Virus record (IMG/VR): IMGVR_UViG_3300024308_000022
Span: 1 to 64,000 of that record
Length of the DNA stretch: 64,000 bases
Source: an uncultured virus (IMG/VR IMGVR_UViG_3300024308_000022)
Lineage: Duplodnaviria > Heunggongvirae > Uroviricota > Caudoviricetes
Strand: one strand, 5' to 3'
This document shows, piece by piece, positions 1-8,753 of this stretch. The position numbers and the translations under genes were made by a program. The number at the start of each line of letters is the position of its first letter. Positions within the stretch are counted from its first letter, which is position 1. The notes under the pieces were generated by a model that saw only the letters and a program-made list of their open reading frames with translations, did not search any database and was not told where the DNA came from.

Positions 1-344
1 TGAACATCACTTTCAATTCAGTCTCTGCTTTGGCAGAAGACGTTAACCTACTGACGGTTGTATCGACCGAACTAATAAATACTCCGTTAGGCCAACCCAA
101 CGTCGTTCAATGCGATACGTACAACGGGTTGGTCGTAGGGTATAAACCGATCGGTTTGAAAATCGTGGCAAAGAGTGGCGATGGCGTACATACTCTGGTT
201 GTTTGGGTGAAGTTGAAAAGAGAACACAACACAATCTCCCTCACGTTAGAAGGAGAGCCAGTGATGTACGCGCAGACAGCCGAGGGAGTGTCTCCGGTAC
301 GTTTATCGATTCGTATTGACTACACGACGGATGTGTTCTTTTAG
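1..344 (+). CDS. hypothetical protein (probably 5'-truncated by the window edge)
   Basis: The frame of ORF 30..344 is open back to the window start and is followed by a terminator. Confidence 0.55.
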   Translation, partial: NITFNSVSALAEDVNLLTVVSTELINTPLGQPNVVQCDTYNGLVVGYKPIGLKIVAKSGDGVHTLVVWVKLKREHNTISLTLEGEPVMYAQTAEGVSPVRLSIRIDYTTDVFF

Positions 345-354
345 TGATGTGCGT

Positions 355-383
355 AGAGGAGACTTCGGTCTCCTCTTTTTTTT
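355..383 (+). terminator. intrinsic terminator
   Basis: AGAGGAGAC-TTCG-GTCTCCTCT hairpin followed by a T run. Confidence 0.9.
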
Positions 384-390
384 GTCCCTA

Positions 391-420
391 TGGAATTAAA
401 TACAGGTATATATCATCGTT
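391..420 (+). promoter_or_regulatory. putative early phage promoter
   Basis: GGAATTAAATACAGGTATATATCATC; the same motif recurs at four other gene starts. Confidence 0.7.
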
Positions 421-453
421 GGGACAAGTCAACTCTAAGACATCGAGGTTCCC

Positions 454-1185
454 ATGAATGAAATCGAATTAAACCAATTAAAAGTAAATGCTTCACAATT
501 AGGCGCTTGGCGTTTGATAAATTGGGTCTACCGTGGTATCTATTACGGTTACCCTTCATGCTGCATTAAAGCATTCATTTTAGAAAGCCATCAAGAACGA
601 CAGTCCGAGCAAAGACAACTGAAGTCATTAGGAGAGGACATCGGTTGTATGCTTTGTCCTGAGTGTCAGAAACTCTCTACCGCCGAGTACGTCTCTGGTG
701 TGAATAGTCGTCGTATGGCGCTGTCTATTTTCTCAGCAACCAAACCTGTCGAGAAGGACGACGGTAGCCATTACAGAACCGCACACCGTTGGTATGAATT
801 TGAATACGGAGAGAACCTTTGTGAAATGTATCGTCCTCTCAAAGAGTTAGAGAACGAGTTGTACGAACAAGTATCGCGGAACGCTTTTCCCTACATAACA
901 GTAGAAGAAGATCTAGTACCTTACGTGATTGCAGAAGAAGATCACGCGTACCTCAGACGAGCGATACGTAGTTTGGAATTCCAAATTATTGAAGTTGGAG
1001 TATTAAACACACCTGACCACGTGTACCAAACGCGAGTAAGTGAACGCGTGGATAAGTCCCGTCTGTACCGCATCAACACACAGAACCTCAGTTTAGTCGT
1101 GTTGTGTGAGAAAGAATACACCGAAGAGGAAATGAAACACCTCTTACACTTCCACAAACTACCAATAAGGAAATTGTTCGAATGA
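454..1185 (+). CDS. hypothetical protein with GYPxCC and CxxC cysteine motifs
   Basis: GAGG RBS; GIYYGYPSCCIKAF and LCPEC motifs. Confidence 0.7.
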   Translation: MNEIELNQLKVNASQLGAWRLINWVYRGIYYGYPSCCIKAFILESHQERQSEQRQLKSLGEDIGCMLCPECQKLSTAEYVSGVNSRRMALSIFSATKPVEKDDGSHYRTAHRWYEFEYGENLCEMYRPLKELENELYEQVSRNAFPYITVEEDLVPYVIAEEDHAYLRRAIRSLEFQIIEVGVLNTPDHVYQTRVSERVDKSRLYRINTQNLSLVVLCEKEYTEEEMKHLLHFHKLPIRKLFE

Positions 1186-1649
1186 AACGCAAACCTAACC
1201 ACCAAAGAGTAAACAATACAGCGACCCGTACCTTAGGGTTATTCGGCAGTGGGTTGTTCACAAAGAAGTCTCGTGAAGAAGCTCGACTAAAAGAATTGCA
1301 GAGCCAATATCTGTTCAGAATGAGGCGTTACATCCTGTCGGCATTGAAGACGCTCGAACAGACTGTCGCTGACCGTTACTTCGAGTTTGCGTACGACCTC
1401 GCATCTGACGTACGTACGAACGACGCCACCGAAGAACAATACCACATCGCTAAGGTTTTATATACCACCGACCCACAAGAGGTGCGTGTAATGTTAGGTG
1501 AGACGTTAGTGGCTTTAGGGATCGTGAAGTCGGACTCCGAACAGTTTGCTGCGTTCTTAAACCTACCGGTAGAATTTGTAACCCCACCACTTGAAAACCA
1601 ACCCAAGTGGATCGCTGAGTTGTTTGACGATTCCCCACAAAAAGGATAA
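1182..1649 (+). CDS. hypothetical protein
   Basis: 155 aa; start overlaps the upstream stop (ATGA). Confidence 0.7.
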   Translation: MKRKPNHQRVNNTATRTLGLFGSGLFTKKSREEARLKELQSQYLFRMRRYILSALKTLEQTVADRYFEFAYDLASDVRTNDATEEQYHIAKVLYTTDPQEVRVMLGETLVALGIVKSDSEQFAAFLNLPVEFVTPPLENQPKWIAELFDDSPQKG

Positions 1650-1653
1650 CCGA

Positions 1654-2055
1654 ATGACAGTACGTGAATTAGCTATAGTAGACAACTTCCTACGCCAGTT
1701 GAAAGTGCCGGTCTATTTACTGGCACACAACCCAAACGTGAGCTCGGAGAACCTACGAAAACAAACGGAATTGCCAGTGGTTTCTTCTGAAGTCCTCTAT
1801 TCCAAAATCAACCTTGAATTAGGAGGTGTGCTTTTAGGACCCCTCCCAAATGGGTTTGTGTTGATGGAAGACCCTAACTACCCATTACCAGACTCCGCAG
1901 CATTTTTAGCAAAACGTTACGGTGTGGCGTATTACGTACCGACAATCACCAAACACTCACTGATTCAGTTGGAGTGGAGTGTGGAGGTGTTGGTGTTTCG
2001 TGATAACTTGTCCCACACCGGAACACGTTTACCTTTAAAGGACTTTACGACGTGA
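1654..2055 (+). CDS. hypothetical protein
   Basis: ATG after AAGGA RBS, in frame with ORF 1591..2055. Confidence 0.65.
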   Translation: MTVRELAIVDNFLRQLKVPVYLLAHNPNVSSENLRKQTELPVVSSEVLYSKINLELGGVLLGPLPNGFVLMEDPNYPLPDSAAFLAKRYGVAYYVPTITKHSLIQLEWSVEVLVFRDNLSHTGTRLPLKDFTT

Positions 2056-2438
2056 GCAAACTGAACACCAAAGAGTTGTTAACCACGACTCTGTTAGCAC
2101 AACACATCGCGTATGAAAACACCAAGCAAGCTAAGCTTTCGTTTGACCGTCCTACGTGGTTGTGTCGGTATTTAAAGAAAATGCTTCCTCGCTGCACGCC
2201 TTTTGCAAAAGGGATCGTGAAGAAGATCCTTGAAGGGGAGAAAACCTTAGAACGCGAGGGGGTCTGGAACTCCGCTGAGTTTCAATTCGATACGTACTGT
2301 TTGATGACGTTCGGTCGTCGGTTTGTCCACCCCCTAACACTACCCATTCCCGATGAATGGATTTTCGAAGTGAAAACCAAAGCAGGCATACTAGCGGAAA
2401 CAGGATTGTCATTAGACGACGTGTTCGTACCTCGTTAG
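2052..2438 (+). CDS. hypothetical protein
   Basis: Coupled GTGA start; 128 aa. Confidence 0.65.
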   Translation: MSKLNTKELLTTTLLAQHIAYENTKQAKLSFDRPTWLCRYLKKMLPRCTPFAKGIVKKILEGEKTLEREGVWNSAEFQFDTYCLMTFGRRFVHPLTLPIPDEWIFEVKTKAGILAETGLSLDDVFVPR

Positions 2439-2469
2439 TAACAACTAAACAAAAAAAAGGAGAGTACCC

Positions 2470-2679
2470 ATGAGTACGTGGATTTTAATATTAACTATTT
2501 TCCTAGTCAACACAGATGGCAATTCCAGTAGCACTGTAGTAATTCACACCAGCTCGCTTACTGAGTGCAACGCGATTGCTAAAGAACACCGACATGCAGT
2601 AGATGCCACGCCGTTGTACGGGCTGAGAGATAAAAAAGTCGTGTGGTCGTGTACCGAACAAAAAGGAGTGGTAAAATGA
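2470..2679 (+). CDS. small secreted or membrane protein
   Basis: GGAG RBS, hydrophobic N-terminus and two Cys. Confidence 0.65.
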   Translation: MSTWILILTIFLVNTDGNSSSTVVIHTSSLTECNAIAKEHRHAVDATPLYGLRDKKVVWSCTEQKGVVK

Positions 2680-3125
2680 CTGTCAGTGAAAAAGAAGCGT
2701 TAGAGTTAGAACGCTGTGTGCAGGAGAACGGCTACGCTGTAGCCGTGTATGAAGCGATTGGCGGTTATACCGTAGGACTGAAAGACTACGAGCTACCTGA
2801 CTTAGTGATCCTTACCCCCCGTAATGAAGACGGTGAATTTAACCACCCTGGGTTGGTGTTAGAACGGATTGTAGAGTTACTGAGAGATCAACACTTAATC
2901 CTGGATAAAGGGGGTGTGTTAGAGATCCCAGCGTCGTTACACGAGTTCTGGAGTGAAGGGGACTTTGACACCACGGTGTCGTTGGTTCCTTTAGATCCAG
3001 AGTGCGTGAGTGTATTACCGCACTTAAACACACAACAGTGGATGAACACCTGGTTGTACCAAGTGGTGTTTAGCGACGAGCCAGAACGGTTCACTCCACA
3101 GAGTACAGACTTTTTGGAGGTGTAA
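2676..3125 (+). CDS. DUF4262-like hypothetical protein
   Basis: YTVGL...LPDLVI and LYQVVFSD resemble DUF4262 motifs; ATG after AGGAG. Confidence 0.5.
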   Translation: MTVSEKEALELERCVQENGYAVAVYEAIGGYTVGLKDYELPDLVILTPRNEDGEFNHPGLVLERIVELLRDQHLILDKGGVLEIPASLHEFWSEGDFDTTVSLVPLDPECVSVLPHLNTQQWMNTWLYQVVFSDEPERFTPQSTDFLEV

Positions 3126-3126
3126 G

Positions 3127-3774
3127 ATGCGTTACTTAGATTGGTTGGGTTTTATTGCAGGAACGGTCTTCCTACTCGTATGTCTGTTCATGGCCATCCG
3201 CGCTCGTAAGAGTTTAGAGGACGCGAAGAAAGAATCCGGGAGTCTCTCGTTTGACGATTACAAGACCTTAGCAGGAACACCACCTACTTCAGAGGTTTGC
3301 GAAAGCGAGGTGGTTCAGGAGCCAGCTAAACACCCAGTCCCGTTAGAGTACTATTACAACGCATACACCGGTCGGTTGATGCGTGATCCTTACGCGACTT
3401 CACTCCTTAATGTGTTGTTGTCAAACGAAACCAACCCACAGAAGTACTTAAAAACGGTACTGACGGTTTTGTTAGACCAGCAGGCTACGTTATCCGCGGT
3501 CAGTCAATACCAGTACCGTATGTCAATACTGATCAAAGACATCCAGGAATTCGAGAAGACGTGGACTACTCTAGATCACGCTAGGTTGTCTTTGTTGTTG
3601 TTTGATTACCAAAGCGCGATTAACGCAGGTAACTTTTATCACGATCTGCACACGACGGAGTGGCCAGGTGTGATTCTCAACAACGAAAGAATCCGGCAAT
3701 TAACTAGAGGTAAGTCGACCATCTTTTTAAGCACCGAACAAATGGGGGCTTTATGCGCCAAGACATCCAACTAA
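3127..3774 (+). CDS. membrane-anchored hypothetical protein
   Basis: N-terminal TM helix; GGAGG RBS. Confidence 0.7.
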   Translation: MRYLDWLGFIAGTVFLLVCLFMAIRARKSLEDAKKESGSLSFDDYKTLAGTPPTSEVCESEVVQEPAKHPVPLEYYYNAYTGRLMRDPYATSLLNVLLSNETNPQKYLKTVLTVLLDQQATLSAVSQYQYRMSILIKDIQEFEKTWTTLDHARLSLLLFDYQSAINAGNFYHDLHTTEWPGVILNNERIRQLTRGKSTIFLSTEQMGALCAKTSN

Positions 3775-4736
3775 GTCAATTTGTAAACAACGTCGGCTAC
3801 CCAACGGCATTAGAGTTCTTCGAACGAATCGAGAAGAAAACTGACAACGGAATGTTTACGACGTTCATGGATCTGTTACGTAACACACCCCCCGAACTAC
3901 GGGAAGATCTGCTCTCAAAGGACTTACAACACTTCAAAGTCCAGTACATCAACAAAGCTGATGCGCCGTTAAACTACATTGCGGTAATTCAGTTCGATTG
4001 GACGGTGGAACATCACTTTCTACATACTCCAGACCGTATGTACGAAGGAGACCAAGAACTTTTAGAGAAAGGTGTGCACTTAGTGTATACTCCGATCAGT
4101 GAGAGTATTTTCGGTGAGCAGCGAGATCTACGTCCAACGTTAGACACCGTAATACAAAACACTGCAACATCCAACGTCTTTGATACAAGGTCTAGCTTGG
4201 TACATTGGAGGTTGTTTGACGTAGCTCCGACTCAGGAATTTCTGTGTGGTACTGGAACGAAATACGTAGACGTTGCGGGTAGTCGGTATTGGGTAGTACG
4301 CGACCCCACTCCACATTACTGCTATGTCGGTCCTACACCCTCAAATTCAAAACCCGAGACTGAAGTAAAAAACCGCGTGGTCTTACTAGGGATCAGACCG
4401 TTGTGGATTTCTGTCCCTAGTTCCAGTGAGTTCGAAGTAGTTGCCAAACTCGTAGAAGGTTTAAACAGACGTCTTAGTCTGTTTAACGAGACCCTCCGTC
4501 AGCAAGAAGGTAAGGTGATTTACCAGCTCCAGGCCGATAAAGTAAATGTCACTCTAATAGTTGGTGGTGGGACCGCTGATGACTGCGGTTATGTTTATTT
4601 ACGGTTACTGCCTTTGGGTGTCGTTCCGGAGGTTGTTCGAGCTAATTACGAGACGCTGTATTACCAAGCTACCGCTCCAGAACAGCGCTTCCCAGATGAA
4701 TTGTTAGACTCGATCATCCAACAACTGATCGCTTAA
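3753..4736 (+). CDS. hypothetical protein
   Basis: 327-aa ORF overlapping the upstream gene. Confidence 0.75.
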   Translation: MRQDIQLSQFVNNVGYPTALEFFERIEKKTDNGMFTTFMDLLRNTPPELREDLLSKDLQHFKVQYINKADAPLNYIAVIQFDWTVEHHFLHTPDRMYEGDQELLEKGVHLVYTPISESIFGEQRDLRPTLDTVIQNTATSNVFDTRSSLVHWRLFDVAPTQEFLCGTGTKYVDVAGSRYWVVRDPTPHYCYVGPTPSNSKPETEVKNRVVLLGIRPLWISVPSSSEFEVVAKLVEGLNRRLSLFNETLRQQEGKVIYQLQADKVNVTLIVGGGTADDCGYVYLRLLPLGVVPEVVRANYETLYYQATAPEQRFPDELLDSIIQQLIA

Positions 4737-4752
4737 CCCATTACTCCAGTTC

Positions 4753-4777
4753 CCTAGGGAGGTTTCCCCTCCCTAGG
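4753..4777 (+). terminator. intergenic stem-loop
   Basis: CCTAGGGAGG...CCTCCCTAGG inverted repeat with no U-tract. Confidence 0.55.
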
Positions 4778-4799
4778 CTAACAAAAGGAACTACTAATC

Positions 4800-5291
4800 A
4801 TGCCTTTAAATCCAAATCGTACCGACTACCCAGACGGTACAGTGGTTTCTGACCACGTCCTATGGGATTGTCCGCACGGAGCCATCCTGTTCACAGACGC
4901 AGATGGAGCACTGCTCTTTCTGTACAGTCCTAAACTTGACGTAGAAAGCTCTGTAACGCAATTAGAGTCGTTCTTTAAAAAAGAGCTACCTAAGTATTGG
5001 TTAGCTGCAGATACGTGCTCCTACGTTATTGGAGGCGCTTTAACGCCACGTGTGTACTATCGACGTAACCGTCCCGGTAATACCACAAAACTCCTCTCTT
5101 TAATGTGTCGTGTGAAAAACGAACGTTCGTACTCCGATGTGGAATTATTACACTGGGAGAAAACCCCAGCGAATTTCGAAGGCCCCACGCAGTTCTGGTC
5201 CAAAGAGTTCGCAGGCGTTAAGTTTAAGTACGAGTCGTACCTTCGCTTTTTGTTAGAGGTTGCTCGTCCTAAAACCAAAGGAGGAGTTTGA
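4800..5291 (+). CDS. hypothetical protein
   Basis: AAGGA RBS; 163 aa. Confidence 0.7.
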   Translation: MPLNPNRTDYPDGTVVSDHVLWDCPHGAILFTDADGALLFLYSPKLDVESSVTQLESFFKKELPKYWLAADTCSYVIGGALTPRVYYRRNRPGNTTKLLSLMCRVKNERSYSDVELLHWEKTPANFEGPTQFWSKEFAGVKFKYESYLRFLLEVARPKTKGGV

Positions 5292-5292
5292 G

Positions 5293-5982
5293 ATGACTAC
5301 TGTAGAACAGACCACCCTAGCACTCGTCCCTAGAGGTTCCAGAGTACAAATTTTACGTTCTGGTGACGTAGGGGTTCGAGTGAATACACCCGAGTTAACC
5401 GATTGGACACACCACGTGTGGTTGCGTGTGGGAGGAAACCTTAAACACTACCATCCTGCCACCCTCGTATGTATTTTATCGGTGGAAGAAACTCAACCTA
5501 CAGAGAAAGCGCTCGCTAACACAAAACGACTAGCCACGTATCTAACCGCCGTGTTTAAAGGTCTCCCGGAAAACAAACCGACCAAAGCGTATGGTGATTT
5601 TGTGGCAAAAATCAACCTATTGATTGCTCAGTTGAAACCGAACGAGGAACTCATCGTTTCTCTGGTTCCATGGGTGGCGATGCAGCGCCTGCATCTGGGG
5701 GTAAAAACACAGACTCTGGACGGCGACGTGACGCAACACGAACCGGTCGAATTGTGTCTGGTGGATGCTCAGTCGTGTAAAAAACGAATAGAGCGTAGGT
5801 TGAGAGCCGTGGGTTATAAACCATCCGAAATGTTGATTAATCGTTTAAGGGCGATTTCTGGGATCGGTGAATTAGTGATCCACTACCGACACTTTACTCA
5901 CCGCACCAACAGGGAACTTTTTCTACACGCGGCTAACGAAGGCGTGAGCACGTACATGACCCGAGTAAGAAAAAACAAATAA
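5293..5982 (+). CDS. hypothetical protein
   Basis: ATG after GGAGGAG RBS. Confidence 0.7.
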   Translation: MTTVEQTTLALVPRGSRVQILRSGDVGVRVNTPELTDWTHHVWLRVGGNLKHYHPATLVCILSVEETQPTEKALANTKRLATYLTAVFKGLPENKPTKAYGDFVAKINLLIAQLKPNEELIVSLVPWVAMQRLHLGVKTQTLDGDVTQHEPVELCLVDAQSCKKRIERRLRAVGYKPSEMLINRLRAISGIGELVIHYRHFTHRTNRELFLHAANEGVSTYMTRVRKNK

Positions 5983-6028
5983 AGCGTAATACTTTGTTCA
6001 ACTAACCCCAGGCATTGGAGCTTTTTTA

Positions 6029-7138
6029 ATGGAATCTTTATTTTTAAACTACACTACGTTTGAACCTGCTAAACCATTTGTGGTTGTACATCTAACCACC
6101 TCTGTGCAGACAGAAAAAGACGGTGAGACCGTAATCGACGAACGTAGCATCCCAGCCGCCTTTAACTTCAACGACGAAACCGAAGTGGGTACGGTTGTAT
6201 CGGCCGACTTAGAAAAAGAACTAGAACCCCGTTTCGGTTGTAAGGTCACGGTCGGGGCTTTCTTCGAATTCGGTCAGGAACCTTGCTACGCAACGTATCT
6301 AAACCAAGACGTAGACGTCAACGGTCACGCGTTGGGTTACTTACCACATTACGCGGTGTACGTCGCACGTAAAGTGTTAGGTTACGTCCATAACGACGTA
6401 AACTTCACAGGTCTGTATGGGGGTACCCCTCTGTTACTACCAGACACCGTGAAGGCTCAACCAACTTTGGTGGACTTACCTGGTGAAACCGCAGACGAGC
6501 AAGGCAACACCAAAAAAGGTGTAGCGGGGTTTAAGATCTTCGCACGTGACTACCCAACACTGGACGTTGCAGAAGAGATCTTAACAGCGGAGCTTGGTGT
6601 GTACAATCCAGAAGCCAACCGTTTTGTGTTAGTCCAAGCCGGCGAGCAACGCTACTTTATCAGTGTGTCTGCGTACCACTCACAAGCCACGAACATCGAA
6701 GCGTTGGTGAACTTAGGTTTGTGGTGCTGTGGTATCGAAAAAACCAAAGTACTGTTCGTAGGCGATCGCGTACAGATCAGCCGTCCTGCCTGCAGTGCGG
6801 ATGACTCTGGTTTAGTCCACATCGGTATGCAAGTGAGCTTACAACGCAACGACACAGGCGCGACGGTACTTGCGTTGCTGAACGTGTTTATCTCTGACGA
6901 AGAGTCACCACAACTCAAAGTCTCCACGGTAGACGGTACGCCAAACGAATCGTATGCACAATTGCAATTCTGGTTAACCGCGGTGTTAAACCAGCACTTA
7001 GGACGTTTTGACGTCTCTGGTTTACTCCATGACTACAAAACGCGTTTAGCTGCTGCTACCGCTCCTACCGAAGAGGTTACTGCTGATGAGCCTACAACTG
7101 AAGTGGACGCCGTTCCCGACGGTGCTCCGATACACTGA
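6029..7138 (+). CDS. hypothetical protein with acidic C-terminal tail
   Basis: 369 aa; GGAG RBS. Confidence 0.8.
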   Translation: MESLFLNYTTFEPAKPFVVVHLTTSVQTEKDGETVIDERSIPAAFNFNDETEVGTVVSADLEKELEPRFGCKVTVGAFFEFGQEPCYATYLNQDVDVNGHALGYLPHYAVYVARKVLGYVHNDVNFTGLYGGTPLLLPDTVKAQPTLVDLPGETADEQGNTKKGVAGFKIFARDYPTLDVAEEILTAELGVYNPEANRFVLVQAGEQRYFISVSAYHSQATNIEALVNLGLWCCGIEKTKVLFVGDRVQISRPACSADDSGLVHIGMQVSLQRNDTGATVLALLNVFISDEESPQLKVSTVDGTPNESYAQLQFWLTAVLNQHLGRFDVSGLLHDYKTRLAAATAPTEEVTADEPTTEVDAVPDGAPIH

Positions 7139-7544
7139 GTTAGAAAACGCAGGCGGTAAAGCCAACGGCTTCGTCGTGCGTATAGACCCCAAGTATCAAA
7201 ACGATCCTGGAGTCCACGCACACGAGTACAGACACGTCTTGCATTGGTACTTAACTGTACTCTTAGGCTGTCTGTGGTCTGTGGGTTTACAGGTGGTTGT
7301 TGACTTCCCTACTGAGTTGATGTGGGTAGGGATCTTCCTAAGCTTTATCGTTTACTCTTTAGCGCTACAGAACAAAAAGTTAGCGCTTTGGATTGAATGC
7401 GACTGCTACGGAGAACAGTTCAAAGCCACCCCCGAAATTGAACACCTACCCACCTGGGCGAGGATTCTAAAAGACCACTACAAACTCCCCCATACGCTGG
7501 AAGAAATCGAAAAGCGTTTGCGTGAGCAAGTAGGAAAGGCATAA
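7086..7544 (+). CDS. membrane-associated HExxH zinc-metallopeptidase-like protein
   Basis: HEYRH motif, two hydrophobic helices and a downstream Glu (WIECDCY). Confidence 0.55.
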   Translation: MSLQLKWTPFPTVLRYTELENAGGKANGFVVRIDPKYQNDPGVHAHEYRHVLHWYLTVLLGCLWSVGLQVVVDFPTELMWVGIFLSFIVYSLALQNKKLALWIECDCYGEQFKATPEIEHLPTWARILKDHYKLPHTLEEIEKRLREQVGKA

Positions 7545-7598
7545 AGCACAGAGGAGAGAGCAAACGCTCTCTCCTCTGTATGCCCTCTCTTTTTTTTT
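7539..7598. terminator. bidirectional terminator between convergent genes
   Basis: CAGAGGAGAGAG...CTCTCTCCTCTG stem followed by a T run. Confidence 0.75.
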
Positions 7599-7600
7599 GG

Positions 7601-8668
7601 TTAAACCGGTGTACCTGTCGGTGAAACCGGACCACTCGGTGCGGTAGCGGACCCTGTGTGTTTGTGTCCGGACCCCACGTCTTTTCCGTTATTGGTCATG
7701 CTGCCAGAGACGGAGACCCCACCGCCCAACGTAGTAGCCCCACCGACTCCCATGGTGCCACTTGTGGTTTGATTCCCTTCGTGGAAGATATTCCCTTTGA
7801 TATTAATCGTTGGGGAGTCAATATTCGTCGTCTGTGCTTTCCAGTTAAACGTCTGTGTATCAAACGAGATACTCTCACTGGCGTTCACCGTCCATACTTT
7901 CGTTTCAAAGGTGATGTCCTCAGACGCTTTAAGCACGAAGTTCTTACACAGAAACTCCACGAGGGTTTCTGCTTTAAAGTAGATATTCTGCGGAGCATAC
8001 CCTTTTAAGTCGTCTTTATCGACTGCGAAGTACGTTCCGTTTTTGTTCTTCAACACAATCAACTGTTCTGCGCTGACTAACTGGATGAGATTCTGCTCGT
8101 TATCCGTCAGTGTAAAGATCCCGTCTTTGGTGTTCAGTTGCATCACGTACCCAAACGGTTCTTTGTTCTTCTGACTGGTGGTAAGCGTAATGTGTCCATC
8201 GTGCGTAGAGACGGTAAAGGTGTAACAGTTCTCCTCACTCCACTCGTCTTTGTCATCCGCGTTGGGATCGGCTTGGAACATAAACGCACCCGTTTCTAAA
8301 CGACGGTAGCTGCGGTCTAACTGACTGGACACCCAAAAGTATTCATCGGTGTCGGCGTACCGATACAGAAACACCCGCTCCCCTTTACGTACGTCAGGCG
8401 CTGTGGTTTGGAATCCCGTAGGGAGCCATCTGTACTCTTGGGCGTTCACGGTTTCTGCACTCGTGCTGTACGCGGTTCCTAACGCATCCACCCCTTTAGC
8501 TTCTACCTTCGCAGACTCACGTGTCAGTTTACTCGACGCAAATGGAAACACCGAGATCGGTGTTGCAAAAATGTTGTTTGTGCTTCGAGGTTTGTTGTCG
8601 TGGACTATCCCAACGTCAAAGAACGCAAAGGAGTCAAAGTCGTATTTACTAAAGTCTTTTTCAGACAT
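7601..8668 (-). CDS. baseplate central spike protein (phiKZ gp164 / gpV-like)
   Basis: OB-fold-like N-terminus (APDVRKGERVFLY), beta-helix-like repeats and a C-terminal HKH metal-binding apex motif. Confidence 0.85.
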   Translation of the reverse strand: MSEKDFSKYDFDSFAFFDVGIVHDNKPRSTNNIFATPISVFPFASSKLTRESAKVEAKGVDALGTAYSTSAETVNAQEYRWLPTGFQTTAPDVRKGERVFLYRYADTDEYFWVSSQLDRSYRRLETGAFMFQADPNADDKDEWSEENCYTFTVSTHDGHITLTTSQKNKEPFGYVMQLNTKDGIFTLTDNEQNLIQLVSAEQLIVLKNKNGTYFAVDKDDLKGYAPQNIYFKAETLVEFLCKNFVLKASEDITFETKVWTVNASESISFDTQTFNWKAQTTNIDSPTINIKGNIFHEGNQTTSGTMGVGGATTLGGGVSVSGSMTNNGKDVGSGHKHTGSATAPSGPVSPTGTPV

Positions 8669-8753
8669 ACCGTCCCACCTTGGGTTTTAAAATACAATAC
8701 CTACCTATACAATGGTACCCATAAAACGTCAACCACACAGGGACACTGTTTTC

